Assembly (NCBI GenBank): GCA_965224025.1
Contig: OZ245033.1
Location: 3,200,001 to 3,264,000, forward strand
Direction: 5' to 3'
Source: Candidatus Multivorans sp.
Lineage (GTDB): Bacteria; Acidobacteriota; Thermoanaerobaculia; Multivoradales; Multivoraceae
DNA: 64,000 bases
Shown: piece after piece, positions 20,438 to 32,000 of the stretch
How the letters are laid out: each line of letters opens with the position of its first letter
How positions within the stretch are numbered: position 1 is the first letter of the stretch
Translations under genes and position numbers: made by a program
Notes under the pieces: model-generated
Seen by the model: the letters and a program-made list of their open reading frames with translations, nothing else
Databases searched by the model: none
What the model was told of the DNA's origin: nothing

Positions 20438-21664
20438 ATGACCTGGCCGCGCAGCGAACTCCTGGCCGAGCTGCTTGCCGGGGAGGAGGCCGAGGCTCTC
20501 CTGGTGCTCGCCGGTTCGAGCCGCGACCCGGACCTCGCTCCCTTCGTCGGCGGAGCGCGGTTGGGGAACGCCTGCGTGCTCGCCGACGGTTCCGGCGCCC
20601 GCCTCGTCTACTTCACGTCGATGGAGCGGGAGGAGGCGGCCCTGGCGGAGGCCGGCGGCGTCGAGCTGATCCACCCGGCGGATTTCGACATGGAGACCCT
20701 TCGCCGTGAAGGGAAGAACTCCGAGGAGATCCTCGTCGCGGCGCTCAACTCGGCCTTCGACAGGGCGGGGATCGGCGCCGGCCGGGTCGCCCTCGCCGGC
20801 CGACCCCCGGCGGGTTCGGCGGTGGCGGTGGCGGGCGCCCTGCGGGAGGTGAACCGGGCGCCGGTCTCGGGACGCGGGCTGATGCAGGCCCTGCGCCGGA
20901 CCAAGACCGGGAGCGAGATCGAGGGGATCGCCGCCGCCGCGCGCGCCACCGTGGAGGCCTTCGAGTCGGTGGCGCGGATGCTTGCCGGCAGTGCGACGCG
21001 GGAGCAGGGCGAACTCTGGCTGGGCGAGGAGCGCGTGACCGTGGCCCGGGTCAAGGCCCGGGCCGCCGCAGTCTTTGCCGGCCACGGCCTGGAACAGCCC
21101 GAGAGCTCGATTGTCGCTCCGGCAGAGGAGGGGGCGACCGGACACAGCACCGGGACGCCGGACCGGGTCCTGCGGTCCGGCGAGTCCCTGGTCGTCGATC
21201 TGTTCCCGAGGGGCCTCCTGTTCGCCGACTGCACCAGAACCTTTTTCGTTGGAGAGCCGCCGGAAGGCCTGACGCGGGCGCACGGCCTGGTGCTCGAGGC
21301 GCTCGAGACCAGTCTCGCGGCGGTCCGCCCCGGTGTGCGCGGCTGGACCCTGCACGAGCGGGTGTGCCGCAGGTTTGAAGGTGAGGGCTTCGCGGTGCCC
21401 GACAAGAACCCCGGGACGCAGACCGGCTACCTCCACCTGCTGGGACATGGTGTCGGTTACGAACTCCACGAACTGCCCAGCTTCCGGGAGACCGGACCGG
21501 GCACGGAGGAACTCGTAGCGGGCGACGTGGTGACGATCGAGCCCGGTCTCTACGACCCGGAAGCCGGCTGGGGCGTGCGGCTCGAGGATCTTGTGGTCAT
21601 AACGAAGGACGGGATGACGAACCTGACGCCGCTTCCGTACGCTCTCGATCCTCGCGCCTGGTAG
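20438..21664 (+). CDS. M24 family (Xaa-Pro) peptidase
   Basis: ADCTRT, HLLGHGVG, HELP, TIEPGLY, GVRLED. Confidence 0.88.
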   Translation: MTWPRSELLAELLAGEEAEALLVLAGSSRDPDLAPFVGGARLGNACVLADGSGARLVYFTSMEREEAALAEAGGVELIHPADFDMETLRREGKNSEEILVAALNSAFDRAGIGAGRVALAGRPPAGSAVAVAGALREVNRAPVSGRGLMQALRRTKTGSEIEGIAAAARATVEAFESVARMLAGSATREQGELWLGEERVTVARVKARAAAVFAGHGLEQPESSIVAPAEEGATGHSTGTPDRVLRSGESLVVDLFPRGLLFADCTRTFFVGEPPEGLTRAHGLVLEALETSLAAVRPGVRGWTLHERVCRRFEGEGFAVPDKNPGTQTGYLHLLGHGVGYELHELPSFRETGPGTEELVAGDVVTIEPGLYDPEAGWGVRLEDLVVITKDGMTNLTPLPYALDPRAW

Positions 21665-21689
21665 GTCTGAGGCGCGGAGCGGGGCGCCA

Positions 21690-21768
21690 GCGCGGCAGAA
21701 CTACCGGAGACCGGCGCTTCGCGCCGGATGCCGGCGGGGGCGCCGGCGCACCCAGTTTTCTGCCGCGC
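21690..21768. repeat. REP-like palindromic cluster between convergent genes (may act as terminator)
   Basis: Outer IR gcgcggcagaa/ttctgccgcgc enclosing two hairpins; core 21727-21755 recurs at 46244-46272. Confidence 0.6.
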
Positions 21769-21775
21769 AGCCTCC

Positions 21776-23257
<1,482 letters not shown>

Positions 23258-23370
23258 GCCGAACGCTATCAACTGAGAAGCCGTGACGCAGCCAGTCTTG
23301 GTTTGCACCCGCCCGCCGGAAGCCGGTCATTGCCGTCCCACAAACTTTCAGAGTAGCGCGAGCTGAGTTT

Positions 23371-23501
23371 GCGTGTTGCTCGGGTCCCTTGTGCATCAAG
23401 GTCCTTCAGCCATCCCCGGTAGGGGCGTTCCAGGCGCCGCTCGCGCTCGGAGGAGCGTGAAGGGTTGGCGCGCACTCCCCAAGATGCACCGAGCACTACG
23501 C
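23371..23501. ncRNA. Candidate structured RNA upstream of guaB (family not recognised)
   Basis: Nested stems gcgtgttgctcgg/ccgagcactacgc, tgcatc/gatgca, ccttca/tgaagg with two inner hairpins. Confidence 0.3.
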
Positions 23502-23974
23502 CGATCACGCGCGACCGAGCTGCCCGCGATACGCGATTTACGTCAACCTCCTTCCGTCGGCGAAGAGAATGCGTTGCCCACGTAATTCCCCGTCACTCGC
23601 GTAAAGGGAGCGGTGCGTCCCAAGAAATCTGATGTAGCCTGCTGTTCCGGCCTCAGGGCGAAGCTCCTCCGCGGCGCGCTTGAGTGCGCGGGCCGGCGCA
23701 ATTCCATGCGTCTCCGTCGCGCGTCCGATGCCGTGGCAGTGCATGGCGTGCATGGCGCGAGGCCCGCGGCGGCAGCCGCGCCCGCCGGGCCGGTCTCTCG
23801 CGTCACTCGACGACGCGGGCGTCGGCGCACCGGAAGTCGAGTGCGCTCGTTGCACTCGACCTGATTCCAAATCGGCCGACCACGGCACGCTGGTCGTCCG
23901 CACTCCGTGCTCCACGCAGTCCAAAAAGGGTAGGTTTCAGTTCATATATAGACTTCGGAGGTGTAGACGTGAGA

Positions 23975-24496
23975 ATGAAGAATGTGCTGTGCTGCATCGG
24001 TCTGCTCTCTTTTGTCGTCTGGCCCTTGTTTGGCCAGAAGGTAGCGGCAGAGAAGACAGCAGAGCCGGCAATCACATCGTACAGAGACGAAAACCGCACT
24101 ATCCAGATCACGCTCGTAACCGACATGGTTCTCGAGAAAGACCCGAAGGACCGGTGGTCTCTCGCAAGAACGGATGCAGACTCCCCCGGACGGGCGGTGG
24201 AAGCCGTAACTGCGGGTCGGCCGCCTGACGTCCCGGTCTTCAAGACCGATACGGGTCAGTTGCTAGCCCCCGTGGGCGGCATCATCCTGGTCCTTCATAG
24301 TTCGTGGACCAAGGGGACCTGCGAGAAATTCCTCGACATCCACGGCCTATTGGAGAGCGCCGAGCCGTTCGAGTGGCTTACTAATGCATACAAAGTCCAG
24401 GCGGACTCAGGAATGGCTTCTATCGAGCTAGCGAACCGTCTCGCGCCACTAGAAGGTGTAGTGATCTCTGCGTCCAACTTCTGGAGAGAGATTTAG
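23975..24496 (+). CDS. Small secreted protein, candidate free-standing prodomain/chaperone of the downstream S8 protease
   Basis: Signal peptide MKNVLCC..; GGAGG upstream; PVFKTDTGQLLAPVGGIIL..SIELANRLAPLEGVVISASNFWRE; 38 bp before next gene. Function is inference. Confidence 0.6.
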   Translation: MKNVLCCIGLLSFVVWPLFGQKVAAEKTAEPAITSYRDENRTIQITLVTDMVLEKDPKDRWSLARTDADSPGRAVEAVTAGRPPDVPVFKTDTGQLLAPVGGIILVLHSSWTKGTCEKFLDIHGLLESAEPFEWLTNAYKVQADSGMASIELANRLAPLEGVVISASNFWREI

Positions 24497-24534
24497 GCAG
24501 TAGATAACTTACGAAGTTTAAGGAGCGCTGAGGT

Positions 24535-26043
24535 ATGAGACAGAGTTCTTTAGTAGCGGTTGGCTTTGCGGCATTCAGCATTGTCTCCATCAATGCTTCT
24601 GGGTATTGCCAATTACAGGGCGTCGATTTTCCCCAAGACCAGTATGATCTGGCCCTCGACGAGAACACGGGGGGGGGGGTAAGTATCGCAGATGTCAAGT
24701 ATGAGGGTTCTTCTGGAGTTGGCGACGCTTGCTCGATATCAGGTTCAGATTCAGCGTCGTTTTCTGTCGAGCAGGGAGAGACCGGAGGCTCGTTCCTGAC
24801 GGCCCCGGAGAGGTATTGTCGAATCAAGACAGAGTCCGGTGTCACCTATGACCACGAGTCGAAAGCTGTCTATTCTATCATATTGGAGGTCTCGGCCGTG
24901 CTTACGTCCGATACAGCGGCGGTCACTATTTCCATAAATGATGTTGATGAGCCACCGTCCCCGCCCGATGCTCCGGGAGTTAGAGCATCATCCACTACAA
25001 GTCTGGACGTTCGACGGACGGCTCCCGACAATACGGGCAAACCCGATATCACATCGTATGATATTGAGTTGGGAAAAGATATCGATAGCCTTGTGGCAGG
25101 TCCTCAAGATGTAGCAGAAACATCAGTTACCATAAGCGGCCTGGAAGAGGACACTCGGTACTTTGTCAAGGTTCGCGCCACGAATGACGAGGGAGACGGT
25201 CCATACTCTTCGGCCGGAGAGGGGCTAACGGACTCCCGACTCAACAGTAGGCCCATATTTGATCAATTGAGCACTCGCTCGACGCCAATCGCATTTACCC
25301 TGGAAGAGGAGACGGCGGCTGGTGAGGATGTCGGCACCGCGCTAACGGTCACTGACGCCGATTCAGGAGACACTCTGACGTTTACGCTCGAAGGAAGTGA
25401 CTCAGGCCATTTCAGTATCGATTCATCCACAGATCGTGTTCAGATTCAGACTAGCGCCATATTCGACCATGACGAAGGCGGCTTTGACGATACCAAGTCG
25501 TTAGAGGTTCTTGTCAGCGACGGTACGGCGTCCGAGACGGCATATGTTGAAATTGCCATTACGGACAAGCAGGAGATTCCTCCGGTACCTACTGGTTTCA
25601 AAGTGAGCTCGATGGAGTCCGGATCAAGCTTGACTGCGTCCTGGGATTCGCCAGTTGCGGGCGATCATCCTCCCGTGTCAGAGCATCGACTGAGATGGAA
25701 GAAGGCTACAGACGCCGATTTTGCGTACGAGCTTGTCCCCGTCGCCAGGACATCTCATACAATCAGTGGCCTGGAGTTTGGCCTCACTTACAGTGTAGGG
25801 CTGGAACCACGTAACGAGGATTCCGGTATAGACGAGAGCAATTTTGCGATCGCGGTTGTGGATGCGATCGTGACGGATCCTCCTATCCCTCTATTTGCTG
25901 AAGATTGGTATTCCGTCAGTATGGATGAGGGCACGGAAACCAGCCCCGTTGCTGCCGGCACGATAGTCGGTAGTCCTATCGTTGCTAGGGACGGACGGGA
26001 AGCGGTTGTTCTCTCCTATTCGCTTGAGAACGATGGATATTAG
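24535..26043 (+). CDS. Cadherin/fibronectin-III repeat surface protein, N-terminal part (ends at in-frame TAG)
   Basis: AAGGAG/GAGG RBS, signal peptide, DEN/DHE/DVDEPP cadherin motifs, GLEEDTRYFVKVRATNDEGDG Fn3 motif. Confidence 0.85.
   Translation: MRQSSLVAVGFAAFSIVSINASGYCQLQGVDFPQDQYDLALDENTGGGVSIADVKYEGSSGVGDACSISGSDSASFSVEQGETGGSFLTAPERYCRIKTESGVTYDHESKAVYSIILEVSAVLTSDTAAVTISINDVDEPPSPPDAPGVRASSTTSLDVRRTAPDNTGKPDITSYDIELGKDIDSLVAGPQDVAETSVTISGLEEDTRYFVKVRATNDEGDGPYSSAGEGLTDSRLNSRPIFDQLSTRSTPIAFTLEEETAAGEDVGTALTVTDADSGDTLTFTLEGSDSGHFSIDSSTDRVQIQTSAIFDHDEGGFDDTKSLEVLVSDGTASETAYVEIAITDKQEIPPVPTGFKVSSMESGSSLTASWDSPVAGDHPPVSEHRLRWKKATDADFAYELVPVARTSHTISGLEFGLTYSVGLEPRNEDSGIDESNFAIAVVDAIVTDPPIPLFAEDWYSVSMDEGTETSPVAAGTIVGSPIVARDGREAVVLSYSLENDGY
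24669..24679 (+). repeat. G11 homopolymer near 5' end of the surface-protein gene
   Basis: acac-GGGGGGGGGGG-taag. Confidence 0.9.
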
Positions 26044-29000
26044 GTGGACTCTGCCTCGTTTACCGTCGGGGCGATGAGTGGGCAGCTCAAGACCGTTGAC
26101 GGCGTGGCGTATGACTACGAGACCAAGAGCGAATACTCGTTCATCATGCGAGTATCTGACGGTGACGCCGCCACGGATGACGATACCGCGCCTGTTACTG
26201 CCGCTCTTGTCGATGTTGATGAGTCAGAATTAGAGAGGAACAGCGCTCCGGTCTTTCGGGAAGCCGACGATCCAGTGCGACGTAGCGTTGCAGAAAACAC
26301 TCCAGATGGAATGGCTGTTGGGCAATCTGGAACGGGAATTAACTGGTGGAGGGGTGTGCCGATAACTGCAACCGACGCAGATAATGATGCGGTGGAATAC
26401 TCCCTTAGTGGCGCTCATGAATCGTGGTTCGAGGTTGATCAGAATGGCCAGGTCCTGATCAAGGTACCGCTAACGGATGCCGAGGCGCCTGATGTCGCAT
26501 CAGTCATCATAGCCGCCACCGATGGACATGGCGGCAGTGCGTCGAAGAACGTGGAAATCACGGTTGAGGAGTATGTCAACGTGGGGACGATTAGTATAAG
26601 TGAAATAGATCCTCCTGATAGGTTCACGATTCACCACACGAACTATAGAGTTTCGCTATTGCCAGTCGATGCGGGTATTACTGAAATGGTAGTGTACTCG
26701 AGAGTTCTGGGAAATACCGGGTTCAGCCCCATCTACGGCGATACATGGCAATCAGCATGTTATGGTGACAAGCTGCGTGACGCATTCGGACGGGAGAACT
26801 GGGATTGCACAATTGCAGTGTTGCCCGGTGGCAACTATGATCTCTTACTCCGCGTAGTGAAGGATGGTGGGAACATCTGGCTTCCACCAGAAGTCGTGCG
26901 TGACGGTTCTAAGCCTGCGTTTGGCGATGATTCCTATACTTTGTCGCTTCCCGAGAATACAACGGAGGGTGTGAGTGTTGGCGAACCGTTCATGGCCACG
27001 CACGCTGATAGTCTCTCATACGCGCTGAGAGGGCCTGACGGGGATTCGTTCGCTATTGATCGGAATACCGGTCAGATCCTGACCACCGGAGAGATGTACG
27101 ATTTTGAGGCTAAAGCCATTTATTCCGTGACCGTAACGGCCTCCTCTATCGCGACGCGCGTAATGAGTACAGTCGATGTAACAATAAATCTCAGGGACGT
27201 CTCCGAGCCCCCTTTGGCTCCAGCAGCGCCTACGATCACATCTCCGACGACTTCGAGCCTTGCTGTTTCGTGGCAGCCTCCGCCCAACGTAGGGAGACCT
27301 CCCGTAACATCCTACAGGCTTCGGTACAGAGAGAAAGACGGGGTTTCCTATACCGCTCTCAGCATCGTGGACGTGACGACCGCGATAGACGACCTGGTAG
27401 AGGACACTGCGTATCTGGTTCAGGTCAAGGCGGTCAACGATGAAGGCGAAAGCGAGTGGTCGATACACGGGGAGGGAAAGACAGTCACCGGAGGAAACAG
27501 GCCTCCCGAGTTCGATCCCGTGAGCACGGAGCGGAATCCTCGCAGGTTCCGTATAGATGAGAATACGGCGGAAGGCGCGAATATTGGCGGCCCGGTATCC
27601 GCCACGGATTCTGACGGGGATTCACTGAGCTACACCCTGAGCGGCGCCGATTCTAACGACTTCGCTATTGACGTGGGCAACGGTCAGCTGAAGACCCTGA
27701 CCGTGTTTGATCATGAAGCTCTTGTTCTCAGATCACTCGGAGAGAGCAAATCACTTGTCGTAACCGCTGATGACGGCAAGGACAAGACGAGAGCCTATGT
27801 GGAGATTCTCGTTGTCGATGTAGAAGAGCCGCCACCGATACCCGCCGCTCCTGTTCTGAGTGCGCACTCGGAAGAAAGCATTGCTGTTTCATGGAGTCTG
27901 CCCGTTGCGGGCGAGCATCCACCAGTCACACATCATATTCTGTATTACTACAGAAAGAACCCGGGAATCGTGTTGCAAACTACCGATAAGATTGACGCCG
28001 ATGTTACTACCCATATCCTGAGTGGACTGGCGCCGGGTTCAAGGTACTGGGTATTTCTTCGATCTTACAATGAGGAAGGGCAGACCGAGTCGGAAATCGT
28101 CGACAGAATACCGTCAGCGTCCGCGGTTCCTATTTTCACGGACGACGCGTATAGCAGGTCAGTTGAGGAGAATGCATCGTCAGCCGTGGAAGTCGGAGCG
28201 GCTGTTTCCCTGAGTTATGGAGGATCCGGGTCTATAGAGTTCAGCCTCGAGGGTGGTGATGCATCTTCATTTACCGTTGCTGGAACCGGCAATGACGCTC
28301 AGAGACTGACCACGGGAGTGGGATACGATGCTGAGACCAAGAACCTCTTCTCCTTCAAGCTGAAGGCATCCGTGGTCGGGGAAGGCGAGGCCTTGGCGAG
28401 CGTGGTTGTCGACATCTCGGATGTTGAGGAGCCTCCATCCCCGCCCTCGGCTGTTCGGGTGGTCCGCGCGTCCACCGCATCGCACAGGTCTCTCGATGTC
28501 AGTTGGGTCGCTCCGGCGGATGCTGGCAAGCCTCCGGTCATGGGTTATGACGTTCAATTCAGGAAGGACGGCGCCGCCGACTACGTCGACGGACCTCAAG
28601 CCGTGCCGGGAACTGCGTCGCTGCTTCGCAATCTTGAATCGGCTACCACGTACGATGTTCAGGTAAGCGCGAATAATGATGAGGGCGATGGCGATTGGTC
28701 TGCGGCAGTCCAAGGTGAAACGGATGAGGCATCTCCCCAGTCCGCGCCTTCAGCGGTTCGCGTTACTGCTGAGTCACATAAATCTCTCGATGTTAGTTGG
28801 GTTGCTCCGGCGGATGCTGGCAAGCCTCCAGTCACGGGCTATGACGTGCAATTCAGGAAGGACGGCGCCGCGGGCTACGTTGACGGACCAAGAGCAGTAA
28901 CGGGAACTGCGTCGCTGCTTCACAATCTGGAATCGGATACTGCGTATGACGTTCAGGTGAGGGCAATTAATGACATAGGTCCTGGTGGCTGGTCCGTAGC

Positions 29001-32000
29001 GGTTCAAGGTGCTACAAATCCATCTCCCGTGTTCGGCTTGGCGGAAGCTCCTCGGGCAACCGCGCATCCCGGCGATCGGACCGTCACCGTAATGTGGGAG
29101 CCCTCTTCCGGCGCTGACGCCTCATCGGTGTATGATGTGGCCTATATCGGCGATGGTTCAAGTAGCTGGAACGTGTGGACTGGTCATGGATCCGGGATGG
29201 GCTCGATTTATGCTGTTTTGCCGAGGATCTTGGAGAACGGAAGGACGTATAGCGTCAAGGTGCGAGAGAAACGAGGTTCCGAGGCCAGCGACTGGTCGGA
29301 TGTCCTGGAAGTGACCCCTTTCGATATACCTGAACCATATCACTTTTACGATACACATGCCCTGAGGTTGGACGATTTGCCGGGAGTGGTGATCGGGGGC
29401 ACGATTGTCGGGACCGACCAGGATAGTTTCATGATTACTGTTCCGGACAATTCGAGAAGAAGGGTTTGCTATGTCACGGTGTGGGAATCTGCGCTCAGTT
29501 CGAGGTTTCATTTAGAAATAGAGGAGACCCCGGGAACCGCGGGGGAAAGAAGTCGGACCAGGTTTGGACCAGTGCACTCCGAGTTGATATCCTCCGAGGC
29601 GGACGGGAGAGTGAGGCTGTTGGCCGTTCCGGGCGATGAGGGAGAACCGAAGACTTACAGGATCACGGGTTCGTTGGAAGGGAGGACCGGGCGCGGATCG
29701 AAGGTCGCGTATGACGTTCTTTGCAGGGGTTTCCTCCCCAAGAAGACTAGAGAGGACGCTATTGGTCTAGGCGGGGACTATCCTGGTACCGTGCTTTGGC
29801 GAAATATGGACGACAAGCACTACCACAAGTTTAGAATTCAGGAATCCAGTCTAGTGACGATCAGGACTCGAGGTGTACTGGATAGCCTTGTGACGCTCTC
29901 TGACAGCAGTGGCAACGACCTCTTCAAGTCCGACGACGGGTACGAGCTGGGAAACGTCTTCGATGGCGTGATTCCGCCAATGATATTGCACTACGATCAG
30001 TCAGTCCCAGAGCCGGGCGTCTACTACATAGAAGTTGCGCTACCGTATGCCTATGATGTGGTTTCGCTGTTTGGCCAACTGATTCCGGTCCCGCCGCCAG
30101 CTTCGAAGAGGCTTCTAGAGCTGGATGTGATGATGATTTCCTCGGCTTCGCTGGGTGGGAGTGAGAGCAGAGACGATCCAGATATTGCTGAGATCGACGT
30201 GTCGAGCGGGTCGCTACTTCTGGGCAATGGGAGTAAATTCATAGGTGACGCCATTCCTAGGCAATACGGCAAGTTGGAGTCAAGAGCGGAGGTTGATTGG
30301 TGGAAGTTGGTCAGCGCGGGAACCACGTACACGCCTACTGGTCAAACCTTTCCTGGGATAGATGTCGTTATCAGGGGTACGGCAGTCAGGGGTTCGGATC
30401 TTGCTGTCGTAGTCCTGGATTCAGGCGATCCTGGATCTTTCGTTGACAGCGTGTCCGTGAGAACGGAGAGGTTTCCGAAAGCTGCGTACCAATTTGAGCA
30501 TCTTGTGGACGGGTGGACGGTCTCGGGGTATTTCCCAAACGGTGAGTACTATCTGGGCGTATCCTCAGAGACGAACGCGATCGGATACTATGCGCTGAGC
30601 GCGGCGAGAGATATCGAGGTGCAGCAGTACAGGTACGATAGTGCAATTGACGCCTACGACGTGGGGTGCGACTATCCGAAACCGTCGTTTGTTCACGACC
30701 CACTTTATCGTTGCCAGTGGTACCTGGGACGGGGGCATGCGTCAGATATCAAGGTTCTGGAAGCGTGGGCCAACGGTAATACGGGGAAGGGTATCGAGGT
30801 GAAGATCGTTGACAGTGGAATTGATGACGATCATGCTGATCTGAACATAGCACCGGGCAAGAGTTTCACCTGGATAGACACTCCAGAACCAAGTCAACGG
30901 TATGATGATGCATTTCCTGATGACCGCCAAGACGGACACGGCATGAATGTTGCCGGAATTGTCGCGGCGAAGGCCAACAACTTTGGAATACGAGGCGTTG
31001 CCTATGAAGCCGGTGTGTATGGCGTTGACTTTCTGGGTCATCAGCCTGACTCACGGCAGGCTGCCGACGCGAACCATGCAGACGCGATTGTTCGTCATAT
31101 GACTACTCTTGGCGTATCTAATCATAGCTACGGTCCACCGGACCGCGGTACTCTGGCAAGAAGTGCCAAAATCTGGAATATGGCCGTCGATACAGCCGTC
31201 AAGGAGGGTCTTGGCGGTCTCGGAGTCAGTCTGGTCGTTACGGGAGGGAATCACCCCTGGAGTCGATCTAATCCGAATTGGCGGGACGTAACCACATTTG
31301 GTGAACATCTTGGCCATATGGGAGTGATAGCTGTTTGCGGCGTAGGGAAAAATGGACTCAGAGCATATGAGCAAGGCATGAATCTCTGGGTGTGCGGTCC
31401 GTCGCTGGGACTCGATATCAGCGATGAGTTCCCGCTAGCGGTGCCCAGTGACGAGGGAATGTTCACGACGGATCTGTACGGTCGCTATGTGGCAGGGTTT
31501 AGCGGCACGTCGGCGGCTGCTCCGGTAGTAAGTGGCGTTGTGGCGCTGGTGCGCGGCGCTAGTCTTCAGCATGGGAGAGACTTGACGTGGAGGGATGCAA
31601 AGCTGGTTCTTGCGGAGTCTGCCAGGAAAATCAATCCAGACGATGACAGTTGGCAAGATGGAGGCCAGAAATATGGAGATCGATCTGAGCGCTACCAATA
31701 TAGTAGGAAGTTCGGCTTTGGTCTGGTGGATGCGGACAAGGCGACGCGGTTGGTGGCGAGCTGGAACAATGTACCGTCCTTGCTTAGAAACAGTGCCGTG
31801 GATCGACCCAATGTAGATGTCTCGGGGCGTGGGTCAATAGAAAGAGCACTTACTCTTGACTCCGATGATATCGAATTTGTCGAGCATGTTGAAATTCATG
31901 TCGATATGCATGCCGAAGACTTCAAAGACGTAGAGATTTGGATTGGGTCGCCGTCAAGTGTGTCGGAGGAGTTCCCTTCGGGATGGTCCGAACTTGTTCC

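Noticed and set aside
23538-23924. Minus-strand 128-aa ORF at the island's left edge
   Set aside because: No recognisable family or RBS; may be a relic but cannot be supported
26041-26043. Pyrrolysine or genome-wide amber recoding
   Set aside because: TAG ends many ordinary genes here (e.g. 721, 5104, 6359, 10415) and no pyl genes are in the window
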